64,000 nt of DNA from Camelus ferus. Taxonomy: Eukaryota. The stretch is from the NCBI RefSeq assembly GCF_009834535.1, contig NC_045696.1, positions 106,828,001-106,892,000 on the forward strand, given 5' to 3'. Within the stretch, counting starts at the first letter, position 1; every line of letters begins with the position of its first letter. The notes below the pieces were generated by a model that was not told the origin of the DNA, did no database searches, and was given only the letters and a program-made list of their open reading frames with translations. The position numbers and the translations under genes are program-made. Positions 25,706-38,784 of the stretch are shown in pieces.

Positions 25706-26789
25706 TAGGAATAACTAGCCATTGACATAAAACAGAAATCCTGGCCCTGAGGAGCAAGCCTAGAACATGAGTTCTGGAAATGAAAGGCCCCTGGCTGGAT
25801 GAGGAGGACTATCTCTTCCAGGAGATGCAGAGCATCTTTGGCCACCTGAGGCCTAAGGTCCCTAGAGGAAGGCCCACCAAGGACAGGGCCAGAGCTCCAT
25901 GACAGAAACAAACACCTCAGCCCCCTTGAGTTCTTCTTGGCACCAAACAGGCCCAGTGGGGACCTTTTCTTCCTCGCTGTGACTAGTCTAACTTAACCGA
26001 ACCTGCTCAGCCTCACTCCGTTTTGTCTTCTTGGCACTGACCATCTGGCCACTGTAGGTCCTGCCCCTGCTTTACTAGCCCAGGCTCATGCTGTGGGACC
26101 ATTTCTCCAGAAACAAGCGAAGCTTGAAAGTCCACTGTTAGGCAAGCTATCCTCCCAGCTCTCTTTCAAGTGTTTTCAGTTTGGAGTCACAGTCAAGGGC
26201 TGTCCACAGACCCTCCAACATTTGGATCGTCCTCATCAGGAAAAAGGCTGCTGGGCTCTTAGGAAGGGTTCTGTTCAAATATGATGGGCCTCTGGCTTGT
26301 TACTACTCAGGAGATTATTAGGTGAGAACCACTGGACTCAAAAACTGATAAATGGCAGATATAAACGTGTGCGTGAAAAATGCTCAGAGGACCAGCATTA
26401 CGTGTAATGATATGACTTTGCGTTTCTATCAATAATAATAGAAGTGATTTTTCCCCCCAACTCCATCATCCCTATATTATAAACTAAAAAAAAAGTGTCC
26501 ACCACATCTGAGATTGTTGTATGATTACACCTGACTTAAGCTGTCTATAAGAAGTTAATACTTTAGACAAGTCTTTGAACTTGAAATATTCAAATTGTGC
26601 CTTTACATCTGCTTTATTGTTCACTAAATTTCCTGAGGAGACCAAGATTCTCTCTTTTGGCTGACAAAGTAGATAACATAGAATTGAGGATTAACTTGTC
26701 TAACACATAAATCTGGAAAATGCTAAGAAAACTTAAGTATCAAATAGCGTTGTTATCTTCATGTAAAATGAGTTATTAAGCTCTTACTT

Positions 26790-26960
26790 AAGTATAATAC
26801 CTTGCATGTGTGTAATACTTTACAAGACTCCTTTCCAGCCATTATCTTAGTCCCCAGCACAATCCTAAAACGCAGGTCAGTCTCATTAGCTCCGTCTCCC
26901 TCACAGAGGAGGAAACTGAGACTCCGGGAGGTTACGAGTCGCGTGTCTAAACTTGGGCAT
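26790..26960 (-). mobile_element. MIR
   Basis: acagaggaggaaactgagactccgggaggtta antisense core. Confidence 0.65.
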
Positions 26961-28659
26961 CAGTAGAGTTTAGGGACCAACCTATAGGGACTTGCAGAGG
27001 GAGTATGTTCAGCAACCCCTACTACGCTTTCCCTTTACACTGACCCTGACTCCCTTGGACTCCTGTGGAATCTGGGGACACATGGAAAAGCTCATCAATG
27101 TGGCCAAAATTTAGAAGACTCATCTTAAATCACCTCTCATCTGAGCTATTGGATCATGAGGAGTATAGATTCCCAAGGCAGGGGTGACAGTCCTGTGTCC
27201 ATTGGTAACCACAGTTTTCAGGTTTCCCTCGTTACTGCCAAGATCTACCTGCTGTGACCTCAGTGTTCCCTTTCTACCCTAACGGCACTCACTAAGGATT
27301 CAGTAGTATAGACCACCCCCCCCCCCGCAATTTTTCCTGCCCCTCTGACTTAAGAATCTAGCTCTTTATTGAAGATGTAGAAAATCAGCAATTTGGGAAA
27401 GCCTCCACCACCTCCCTCAACTGCCTTTCTGATGAAACTGGCCCCAAAACAACTTGAGAGTCATGACATGAAGGTAAAAACATATGATCAGAAGGAAAAG
27501 CTCTTTGCAGCCTGATAGGCTGTTTCTTCAACAAATGTTCAGTGTGTTCAAGTCTTCAAATGTGTGAAGTTTCTAACAGCAGGCCCTGAGTTTGGAACCT
27601 CACGACCCCAGTGAAGGAGGGGAGTCTCAGCAGTAGCTGCTCGATCATGGGAGCCCTCAGGATGCTGCTCTTGGAGGCTAAGAGGGTGAGAATCCCAAAA
27701 GAGGGCTGGTTCTGTCAACAGTGTCAGGCCAGCTATAGCTACAGGAAAAGCATCACAACCCCAGACTCAGCCCCAAGAATGCAGGGTCCCACAGCTGAGA
27801 AGAGAGGCCGGAAGTGGAATGGCGATTCCTTCCTGTTTAAATCCATCCTGGCAGTTTACCAGTCAGAGAACACGGGGCTAAGGGTGTGTCCAGCTCAGTG
27901 CCCATCACAGCTCTTCCTCTCCCAGGGGTGAGGGCTGCCCTCAAACGCCCTCTGCCTGCCCCCTCCCCTCTAGCTTAGCTCTTCCCAGTGGGGGGATCAT
28001 GTGTTCGGTCTTTATTTTCAGTTTCATTCCAGACACAGTCTGTCAGATGACCATTGACTCTATGCCCACAGCTAGCGACAGGTGCCCTCAGCCTAGCCCA
28101 AGGCCCCAGGGCTCAAGACCCCAGCCTTATGGACTTAGGTGGGTGTTTAAGCAGAGTCTCAAAAACAAAGAATCTCAAAAAGAAGAGCCCCCTACTGGCA
28201 ATAAGTGGCATTGCAGCCTCTAATTATTGATGGGACTGTTGCCCTCTCCTACTCTTTTCCCCCATCCCGTGGACCCAGGGTCACCCACACCCATCAGATG
28301 CCCAACTGGTGTCAGAGAACTGAGCGATAGAAGTCACTGCAGACTTCCTGACTCTCTGACCACTTGACAAGGGAGACCTACCACCTCCTGATTCAGCCCC
28401 TCCCTGGCTTGGAGCAGTGCCCCTTCATCTCGGCTGGACTCACGTAGGGCCACATCCCAGAGCACAGCTTTCTGAAAAGTCAAGCAAAGACTGAACATAA
28501 AGCCACGTTCTTGAAAGCCCTGCAGGAAATACCCCAGTTCCCCACACCATAGCCCACAATAAGCTTGCATTTCTGAACAACTGAAGGCAATCACATAGAG
28601 CTCACGCAAAACAAGCACTGTACACAAATAGCTTTAGCACTTATTTGAAAGAGACAGAA

Positions 28660-28880
28660 TAAACATTTATTGGGCTTCCAGAAAGTTCCAGGCAGTGTGC
28701 TAGACACACTGGTTACAGTCTATCATTTAATCCTTATAACAACCCTGTGACTTTGGACAGTGCCCTGCCAGCTGACAGAGGAGGGAACCAGGGCTCAGAG
28801 AGGTTAAATAATTAGCACCACCGGCTCACAGAGCTAGGAATTAGCCAGGATTCAAACCAAGTTTGGCCTAACTTAAAACT
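28660..28880 (-). mobile_element. MIR
   Basis: tcatttaatccttataacaaccctgtga...ggctcagagaggttaaataa...ggattcaaaccaag. Confidence 0.75.
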
Positions 28881-30071
28881 TATGTCTGTTCTGATTCCCC
28901 GCACGCTGCGATGAACATGTATCAATTCCAGGTTGATGCTTTGCCAATGACACCCACCCATGTTGGTCTGCCTGCTTGTCTCAAGCATTAGCCTGTAAAC
29001 CACTGACGGGCAGATGTCTGTCTCATTTGCCTCTAGGCAATCCACATCTAGGATGGAGATGAGTTGGCCTGGTGGAGCTTAGTAAATATCAACTGATGTG
29101 TGACTATGCACTGGGGACCACATCTGTGTCCAGGAGATTATGCACCTTATTCCTACTCTCAAGGAACCCCAAATCAGATTAACAGCAGGTCCATACAAAG
29201 CTTAACAATTGCAACTTAATCCCAAAGATCTGCAAAAGCCACCATAGAAAACATCTTTGGCAAGAATGGATTCTTTTTGTGCAAATAGCTTGTTCTTGAA
29301 GACAGTAACTCTTGTGTGCTGATGGTGGTTTCCAAAACATGGCTTTCCCTTTTGCTGAATTTGTGAAAGATAAACATCTGATTAATGTTTCAATGCTTCT
29401 CTTCTGATTTTCCAGATTAAAACAGAATAACCATGGTCAGCATTTAAGAAGTCCCTACTTCCCTCAAGCACAGATATATAGATATGTTGAATCTTCTCAC
29501 TTTTCAAAGGAGAACAATTCTTATATCCTCCTCTAGGAAGTGAGATAGAGCTTTCATCTTGGCTTCCTGAATGAAGAATCTTCTTTCTTATAATAACGTC
29601 ACCCTCTACCAAAACTTTAAGATGTTGCTGTTGCCTGTTTCTTAAAGGCAAGGTGCTTGGCCCTGAGAGAATACAATTAGTGGTATTCATGCCCAGGAAC
29701 AAATTTGTTTTCCTTAATGTCCCTCCACCAGGCTTAGAATAGGGCTGTGCACGCGGTGTGTGTTTTATAAATGTAGTTAGCTGATTAACTCAGGAAGCTC
29801 TGTGTCCTCAGAAAAACTGCTGCCTGGCCTGAAAATGTGCAGATTATCCCCTCTGAGCTCTGTGCAGAGCCAGTACCCACTGTCCCGCCTGTAAAATTCA
29901 GGGGAGCAGGAGCAGATCCAGTTTTTCTTCCCCTCTACATGTCCAATGCCTAGAACAGTGCCTGGCATACAGGAGACCACTCCCAAATACTTGTGAAGCA
30001 GGTTTATAAAGAGATGAGAAATCAGGTTTATGAGTATAGAAGAATTTTTCCGAAATGAAATGATCTCCATC

Positions 30072-30376
30072 TATATTTAGCTCAGACTGCCATAACAAAA
30101 TACTGTAGAATGGGTGCCCTAAATAATAGAATTTTTTTTTCTGGAAGTCTGAAATCGAGGGGCCATCATTGTCAGGTTCTGATGAGAACCCTCTTCCTGG
30201 CTTACTGTGAGTCCATGTAGCCTTTCCTCAGCCTCTTCCCCTGTCAATCCTATCAGACTAGGACTCCACCCTTCTGACAGCATGCAACCTTAATTGCCTT
30301 CTCCAAATATGGTCACATATAGGGCTTCAATAAGTGAACTGGGGGTAGGAGTGAGGGTCACAATTTAATCCATAGT
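30072..30376 (-). mobile_element. MLT1A-like MaLR LTR
   Basis: gctcagactgccataacaaaatac...tctggaagtctgaaatc...ctccaaatatggtcacat...cacaatttaatccatag. Confidence 0.75.
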
Positions 30377-30457
30377 GCAGTCTCTTCTGTTTTCAGGCTC
30401 TGAGTCATTGTCTCTGCCATGATCACTTACTAGACTGTAACCATAATGATTCTAAGA

Positions 30458-30751
30458 CATGGGTCAGCAAACAATGTTCCGAGAGCCCAATCTGGCCTGC
30501 CACCTGTTTTTATATGGCATGCAAGCTAAGGATGGATTTACACTTTTAAAGGTTTGCCAAAAAGTCTAAATTAGACTATTTCACAGCCTGTGAAAATTAC
30601 ATGCTACTCACATGTTGGTGCCATGCTCATTTGTTTAAATATTGTCTGTAGCACTACGGTACCAGATTGAGTAATCCAGACAAATCTTACGGCCCACAAA
30701 GCACAAAATATTCACTATCTGGCCCTTTATGTAAAAATTTATTAACCCCTG
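30458..30751. mobile_element. MER58B-like hAT-Charlie MITE
   Basis: Termini catgggtcagcaaac ... aatttattaacccctg; internal aaaatattcactatctggcccttta. Confidence 0.75.
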
Positions 30752-30759
30752 TTCTAGAC

Positions 30760-30902
30760 TAATGGTCCTCTGGGGAACTTGTTAGAAATGTAAATTATTT
30801 GACCACATCTACTGAATCAAACTGTGGATGTCGAGCCCAGCAATTTGAGTTGTAATAACCTTCCAGGTGATTCTGTTGCATACTGGAGTTTGAGGACCAC
30901 TG
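30760..30902. mobile_element. MER5A hAT-Charlie MITE
   Basis: ggggaacttgttagaaatg...ccaggtgattctg...agtttgaggaccactg; 8-bp TSD ttctagac/gtctagac. Confidence 0.8.
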
Positions 30903-31019
30903 GTCTAGACTAAACTGCATTCTGTGGTAAAGGCAGAAATTGGCCTTCCATTAAGCACCCACTATGTGCCTGGCCCCAGTCTCACAGGCCATGATTTGGT
31001 TTAGCTAGCAGGAGACCAG

Positions 31020-31870
31020 AAAAAGACGACGCTGGGGAAATCCCTCTGGAGTAGCGGTTGTTTCCATTGCAAAGTAGCCTCCTGTCATAAAAGCCGCAGC
31101 AGAAAGCGATCCCCAGTGCGATAGGCAAGCATCCGGGCAGGGAGCAGGGGTGGGTTCTGGCAAAAAGGAGTTCTTAAATATTTGATTTTCTCTCCAGTCA
31201 CTGGCCGCCTTTCTATTTGGTTTGGGGTTGAAATAAGACAGCTTGTAAGTAACTGGAGAGGGTGTTTACCCAGTGAATTAGTTCGGCTTTCATTGTGCAA
31301 GGGATTAGCGCGAAGCATTGGAGGAGGCTCCGTTTCAGGTTAGAGGGGCTCGCCGTTCGCTAGCTCCAGGCCAGGACTAATTATCATAGGACTGAGGCCA
31401 TTAAAGGGCTTAACTACCAGTGCCCTCTTCCAGGACTGGATTAGCCGTTTGCCTGCAGCTCTTGGCCAATAACCATTCCCAGTTCCGTCTGCTCTCTGCC
31501 GTGATGTGATCCGGAAAATGCGGCGGGCTCACTCACAGCACGGAACTGCCAGGCCCATGGGCGCCGGGCCTGGAAAGCTCTGAGGCTCTGAGGGGCTAAG
31601 AAGACGCTCAGCCTTGGGAAGGACTGGAGACCGCCTGAGGTCTCTCTCATTGCGCGATGTTTCTGGGAAGGTGGAAGGAAGAGCCTAGGGGAAAGAGGGC
31701 TGGGGATGAAGCTCCTGTCTCGCTCCAGGGAAGCCCAGGCGCTGTCCAGGGTTCCCGGGAGCCCCAGAGCGCGCCCCGGAGGGCAGGCTGCGGGGCCGGT
31801 CACCGCGGACTCTGGGGACAGCCGGACACCGGATCACGTGCGCTATCCCAGCGCCACTCCTCTGTCGCAC
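31020..31870. promoter_or_regulatory. CpG-rich island with no recognisable associated coding exon
   Basis: Visibly the highest CpG and GC density in the window (gcggcggg, gcgccggg, gcgcgccccgg, ccgcgg). Confidence 0.7.
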
Positions 31871-32289
31871 TTTTTCTTTCAGAGTTAGAGGTGGAGTCTG
31901 CCCAGTTGTGGGAGGAACAGAGGATACCTTCCTCCCTCTTCCCCGGAACCCTTGGAATAGGGCATGTAAATTACGTCATCTCCCTAAATCTCAGTCCTCA
32001 TCGATAAAATCAATACAAAGTATAGCGCCTAGTCAAAGGGCTATTTGTGGGCGAGTGCTGGTTCATTTCAGGGCGCAATGTGTAGACCTCTTATGCTGAT
32101 GAGCATCGCGCCAGGAAGAAAGAACCCCCTCTCTCCTAAGCCTTCAGGGAGGAAGGGCCCTCCTCTAAACCTACAGGGAGGAAGAGCCTTTAAAGATTTT
32201 CTAGTTTTCTACTTCCTAAATTTTCCAATATGAAGCTTATTTTTACATGTTAGTAACACTTGTAACATACTTTGAAAGAGCAAATAAAA

Positions 32290-32460
32290 ATATATATGGC
32301 TCTCACCAAAAATAAAAAATATGTGAAGTGATGGATGGGTTAATTAACTAGATGGAAGGAATCCTTTATCTGGGAAACTGTATCAAACCATCACAGTGTA
32401 CACTTTAAATATCTCGCTATTTTATATTCATCAATTATACCTTAGTAAAGCTGAAAAAAG
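32290..32460 (+). mobile_element. L1 (L1MA/MB-like) 3' terminus
   Basis: gaagtgatggatgggttaattaact...tgtacactttaaat...caattataccttagtaaagctg. Confidence 0.7.
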
Positions 32461-32510
32461 AAGTGTATAATTACACATATGTATATGAATAAAAGTATAT
32501 GCATATACAA

Positions 32511-32546
<36 letters not shown>

Positions 32547-33035
32547 ACGTATATATACACACAATGGAATGTTATTCAACCATAAAAATAATGAAATAAT
32601 GCCATTTGCAGCAACATGGATGGACCTAGAGATTATCATATGAAGTCAGAGAAATACAAATATCATATGATATCACTTACATGTGGAATCCCCCCCCAAA
32701 AGATGCAAATGAGCTTATTTACAAGCCAGAAATAGACTCACAGAGATAGAAAACAAACTATGATTACCAAAGGGGAAAGGGGCCTGGGGGAGAGATAAAT
32801 TATGAGTTTGGAATTAAACTATACACACTACTATATATAAACTAGATAAACAACAAGGACCTACTGTATACCACAGGAAACTGTAGTCAATAATTATAAT
32901 AACTTATAATGAAAAAGAATATGAAAAAGAATATATATATGTACATGTATAACTGAATCACTTTGCTGAAACTAACACAACTTTGTAAATCAACTATACT
33001 TCAATTTAAAAATTTTTTAAATAAATTTTTAAAAA
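32461..33035 (+). mobile_element. Cetartiodactyl-type L1 3' end with (TA)n
   Basis: gccatttgcagcaacatggatggacctagagattatcata...aacaacaaggacctactgtata...aactgaatcactttgctg. Confidence 0.9.
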
Positions 33036-34609
33036 GATTTATTAGTACAAAAAAGTCCGTAAAAGGAGAGGATATCCATCTAAAAGTACTAATAAAACTG
33101 GTAAGTGGAAAAAAATATATATATACACATGTATATATGGATCTGAAGAACCCTCACAGTCACTGTGTGGGCCCCCAGGGGTCCAAAGCCCATAGGTTTA
33201 GAAGGGCTCATATGTCCAGTTTTCCTTGGCAGAGAGGTCAGCTGCTGCTTGCACAGCTTGAAAGGTGGGGTACCCCAACTTCCCACAGAGCTCAATCCAT
33301 TTCAGTGTTGTTCTGATGAAAGAAAATTCTTTTTAAAAAGAGTACATTTATGACGGTCACCAAAGTAACTGATTATTTCTGGTTGATGAAATTATGAGTG
33401 ATTTTTTTCATATTATTTATCTATTAAAACCCCTACATTTACTATTAGAAAGATGTCTATGAGCATAATTAAATTTTTGTAATTGTGTAATTTATAATAA
33501 TTAAATATCTTGTCAAATATTAAACTAAAAACTGTGTCTCTGTAACTTTTACCATTTGGTTCTAGTTTTAGCCCTTGGTCTACACAGACAAGTCTAATAC
33601 TGCCCATAAAAACTCTTCAAACATGTGAAGTCAGCAGCCAGGTAGGAGCTTCACAGAGTATATGTTAGTGACAAAAATTGTATCAGAAGTGACTGAATTC
33701 TTCAGGTGTGCATTTACTTCATTTCTTGATGGGGACATCTAGACACTTGCAGGCACTTTAATAAGTCATAACCAAATCTACCCAAGTCACTGGCCGTAAT
33801 CATTCCCAAATATATCAGTTGAAGTTTTTTCAAAAAGCAATTTCATTAATTATTTGGAAACCAAATAAATACCAAGAATCTTTTCAGTTGCCTAATTGTT
33901 CTTTGTTTGTTTGATTTTAAAGTGGGCATCATTTAGATATAGAAGAAATCTCATAATATATGGAAAAATGGATTTAAGTTGTAGCAGAACAGAACCATGC
34001 CAATATGTTTAATTTGTGGTTTTAAAGAAGACTTCTCAAATTCTACATTTGGTGTGGGGTTGGTCACAGATTAGGAGTCCTCTTTGGCTATTTGTTGAGT
34101 GATTAATCCTTTGTCGTAGGGCTTCCTAATACATTCATTTGGAGTCTGGTAAATGGGGCCAGGAACTAAGAGCAATTCAGCTCCATTCATTAAATGTAAC
34201 TGAGTGCCTACTACATGGCACATTATGCCGAGAGCTAATAAGGTAAGAAATTTCCAGAAATCACAGCAAATAAGAGAAAGTTCACCATGGGTTGGGTTCA
34301 CCATTTGTAGCATTGGTAAGTCAAATAATCTCCATGACTTCACCACATTCTGTTCATCACTCACCATTGGGCTTTGCAGGGGGTTAGGTTAATTGAATTC
34401 AATGCAGCTAAAAGAGCAAGGCAACTATTGGTATATTTGGAAAGATGCCAAGCTCTGAGATTTGTCTTAATCGTGTGTGTATTGTTCAAACAAAAAAGGA
34501 AAGAAAGAAAGAAACTGAAAGAATCGAATGTCATGAAAAAGCAAACTGTAATAATCAGATTGAGATAAAAATTGGAATATAAGTACAAGTCCAATATTAA
34601 ACATAAACA

Positions 34610-34870
34610 TATTTGGATCACTTCAACAAATATTTGTGAACAAATTCCATATACAAAGAATGGTGCTGAGTGCCATGAGGAACCCAAAGAATGGTAAGAG
34701 GGGGTCTCCACACTCACTACTTAGAGGGGAAGGGATATGTATTAAAATAGAAAGTAGACTATGATAAGTACTGAACTACAAGCAAAATGCTATGGGAGTT
34801 TGACAGAAGGAGAAATAAAGGAATCTGAGTTTCTTGGAAGTGGAAGGATTTGATCTGGGCCTTGAAGATC
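34610..34870 (-). mobile_element. L2 3' fragment
   Basis: ttcaacaaatatttgtgaac...aaatgctatgggag...tttgatctgggccttgaaga. Confidence 0.6.
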
Positions 34871-35329
34871 TGTTACTATCACCTTATAAACCTAAGCTAA
34901 CATGTGTTTCTACAGCACAGCTGTGTGCATTCCACTTCTCCCTTTTCTGAGAGATACACAGAGAGTAGAATGAATAACATCAGAATTTCTCACTAATCAC
35001 CTGACACAAAATGTTGTTTGACCCAGAAAAATTGGGGAGAGATAATTTCTGAAGTTCTATTGAAGACAGATTCAAAACATCTGTCATTTTATTAGGAGCT
35101 AATTCAATTACAGGTTAGGTTATGGTAGGCAGATTGAGTCAGATATTTAAGAAGAGAAATGGAAATTATGCCAAATCATTAAAATACTTGAGTGATGCGT
35201 GAAGACTCCAGTGATGACTCAGGAAGAACACCCTCATTTGTCCCTAGAATGTTCTTAGAGATGCCTGAGAACTCAGACTCGGTGACTCACAGTCTAACCT
35301 GGAAAATGCAGAAGCCCCAGATAAACTTA

Positions 35330-35530
35330 AATGTGCCTTACTGTTTGTGTGAACTTGGTCATGTTCCTTAGCCTCTTTGAGGCTCAATTTCTTGTTCTTT
35401 AAAATGCCTACTTTGCAAGCTCTTTGTTAAGAGACTTGAAGATGAAAATATTCATATATCTAGGCACCTAGCACAGTGTCTTGTATGTTACTATGCACTC
35501 ATCTTATTATAGCTACTTGCACTATTATTA
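35330..35530 (+). mobile_element. MIR
   Basis: cttactgtttgtgtgaacttggtc...gcctctttgaggctcaatttc...gcacctagcacagtg. Confidence 0.65.
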
Positions 35531-35979
35531 TATCTTGTCAACATTCATTCAACCACTGATATTTGAGTCCCTCCAAAGTGTAAGAGATGGAGATACTGAT
35601 AACTGGCAAATTGAATTTCTCTCCACCCATCCATCTCTCCACTCATCATCCTACTCAGCTGGATGAGAGATCATAAAGTAGATCAACTAGAGAGAGATGG
35701 ATGCTACATTTTCATTATACTTGCAAGTGGTAGTGGGTTCAAATTTAATTGTATGAGGGTTAAATGTGGATTTGCATAGGATTGTGTGTTAAGTAGGACT
35801 GTGTCAGGATTGAGCAAGATAATATACCTAAAATGCTTAGCATGGTATCTAGCAAGAGTAAGTACCAGCCAAATGTCAGCTATGATTATCAGAGGTATAT
35901 AATTTCACATTTGTTTGTGGATATATGTGCATGTTGCTTGAGCAGCCCTTATTTTTTTTTGTTTATTTTGGTTTCATTA

Positions 35980-36695
35980 AAAAGTGGTACTGATTTTTAG
36001 TTACAGCAAAAATACACATTACCATATTTTATTGCTTCTAAGAGACAATTTTTCACATTCTATCATTGATGGCTGAAAATGATGGTGTTCTCGTTGCCTG
36101 CACATTTAGACACTTGGTAGATATTCCTGATAAAAGCTGAATAACTGTAACCCTTGACATTTTAATCAGCAAATGGTTTAAGGACCATTTGGAGAAGGAA
36201 AATGATTCCCTGTTTTCATCTGAAAACCTTCCTTTAACACGTGACAGTAAGATCAAGAAACATCAGTTTCAAAATTTTCACAGTGGACAGCAGCAACTTG
36301 GAATTTTTTTAAAAAGTAGAATAAAGTGCTCTCTAAAAACTGTTGCAGCATCAACTCTCTTAATAAAAGAAAATAATGATGTGAAGAAAAACACAAGTAT
36401 CAATAAGTCTAAGTGAAAAGGTGACTTAGAAGCATCAGACTCTGAGTATAAAATGGTTTTAAAGACTACCTTGACTAATTTTTTAAAACTCATTTTCCTT
36501 TTTATGTTTGCACATGAGTGACAACTGATAAAATTCTATATCTACATAAGTCTAAACATAGAGTAATTCTAAGCCATAAGATAAATTTGTGTTATAGTTT
36601 AATTGGCAGTGTTATTATTATCATCACATCCCCATGGTAGTACAAAAAATAATAGTGTGCCTTATAATCAGTAGCAATTTAAAATCATGGAAAAC
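35980..36695 (+). mobile_element. Kanga1-like TcMar-Tc2 DNA transposon remnant with decayed DDE transposase
   Basis: ctgtaacccttgacattttaatcagcaaatggtttaaggaccatttg (LQPLD...FKDHL-like); ORF 36189 contains SENLPLT..KIKK; 3' aataatagtgtgccttataatc resembles the Kanga terminus. Confidence 0.7.
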
Positions 36696-37277
36696 TTTCC
36701 CATGACAAACATCAAGAAAATATTCACTTCATTGTGCAGATGAGTTTGCAGTAAAGAAAAAGAAATATCTCAGTGCAAGAAACCAAGAAGAAACTTGAAA
36801 TGAGGATTAGTGGGGGAATTTATGTTGGGTTTGCCTATGTTGAGGGAAGGAAGTGTTGATCTTATGAATCTTGAAAGTTGAGTTTGGCCCAATAAGGGAA
36901 CATGAGATGAGGCTCTGGTGCTGCGTCATGTAGAGTTAGACCTAAGAACCCCTCATAAATTAAGGATCCATGAAGGGCTATATTCTAAGGAAATCGGGAC
37001 AATAATCCACTCACTGGCACAGGAAGATGATGAAGATTTTTCTCTCTCTACATGTAGGGAGTCAGGGACATGAAAATTCCAAAGCATAGGCTTAACCTTA
37101 TGTGGCTGTGGGATTTGAATTTATGCAGTCAACAATTTCTTGGAACTAAGCCTAGAAATTGACATAGAAGTTGGTTCTTTAAGAATCTTGAAAAAAGCAA
37201 ATGAAAAACTACTCTAGAAGAAAGTTCCCACCACACAGGCCACGTAGATTTCTCACAGCAAAAAGAAGGTACCATGT

Positions 37278-37805
37278 TGTAGATTGCATTATTGTTTTCA
37301 GTTCTTTGCACCTCCCTATTATTACCCCCTTTACATTGTGACTCTGCAATTCCTTCTATTAGCGGTGGAATACATTTCTCCACCTCATTGACGTCAGGTT
37401 TGGCCATGTGGCTTGCTTTGGACAATGGATTCTTAACGGACATGAATTAGGCAAAGGCTTGAAATGTACTTGATCAGCTGGTCTTGCCTGATGGCACTTC
37501 TCCTACCACCATGAGGAAACCATCTCTCAGGTACCTGCTGCCATTTCAGTGTGAGTCTTAGAATAACAGATGTGGAGCAGACATGAGCCCAGCCTATAGC
37601 TAGAGCCTGAAGCACACCTGACCCCACCTGAAGCTTAGAGCCAGACCTAGCCAGAGCCCAGCTCAGATCTGCCAAACTCCAGATGACGCACAGATCTCTG
37701 AACAAAAATAAATGCTTAACAATAACTATCAGATAGTCTCCTATAGACTGAATTCTAAAATGGTTAATTATGCAGGATTAGTCTGCCAATAGTTAACTAA
37801 TTATA
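37278..37805 (+). mobile_element. MLT1I/J-like LTR
   Basis: ggtttggccatgtggcttgctttggacaatgg...aataaatgctt...aatagttaacta. Confidence 0.7.
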
Positions 37806-37809
37806 ACCC

Positions 37810-38780
37810 AATAATAAATGAGCTTATAATTTTAAACAATTAAGAACATGAGGAAGTAATCTACCATGAATAAGAATCAGCAGAAACAACAATTAATATG
37901 ATTAGGACACCAAGAATCTTAAAGAACAATCCAAAAAATAATGTAAAATATGTATGTTTTAAATGATTAGAGATGTGAAATGATGACTAAGTCTTAAAAA
38001 AAGCAAGTTTCTATGAAAAAAGTCGGATGAATTTGAAAGAGGACCCAATATAACTTTCAGAAACTCCATAGGATGTTTAACATAAATCAGACATAGCTGA
38101 AGGGAAAATTAGAACTAGAATGTAGATCTGAGGAAATTATCCAGAATTCAATAGTTAGAGACAAAAAGAAATGGGACAAAAATGAAAGAGGTTAAAATAC
38201 TTGCAGGATGCAACAGGTAGATTCATTACTGTCTAAGAAGAATATTACACTCAGTATAGGAAGAGGCAGCATCTTAACCTAATGGGAAGATGAAGGGTGA
38301 AATATTGTTCAGAATTTATGAAAGACATCTTCTGATTGAAAAAATATTGTGATAAACACAAAGAAATCTCCACCTAGATATACGGTAGTGAAATTACCTA
38401 TCACTGTACATACAGGGAAAGCTGTAAGAGCAAAAAGGGAAAAGACAAAATACCTAAAGAAGTATAACCAGGAGACTGTCATGAGCATTTCACAATAATG
38501 AGAACTTGAAGAGAGGAAAATAATCATCTCAAAGCAATGACAATATACACAGATAATTATTCAATAGTGAGGGCAAATTGAAGACATTCTGTAGAATAAA
38601 CAAAAGTGGAGTGCATTGATCTCTCTCAGGCTCCCTCTGAAAGAATGAACAAAGGATATATTTCAAGAAGAAGGAACTTAAACCCAGAAATAATGTGTGT
38701 GATGCAAGAAACAATGGTGTCTGAAGGAAATAGTAAATAGTTGGGCAAATCTAAACAGCATTGACTAAATAAAACAACAA
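37810..38780 (+). mobile_element. Ancient L1 ORF1 remnant
   Basis: cagacatagctgaagggaaaattag...agatctgaggaaattatccagaa; aaatctccacctagatatacggtagtgaaatt. Confidence 0.65.
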
Positions 38781-38784
38781 TAAT

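Noticed and set aside
31441..32007. Overlapping ORFs in the CpG-rich island
   Set aside because: High GC suppresses stop codons; no recognisable protein or consistent splice structure
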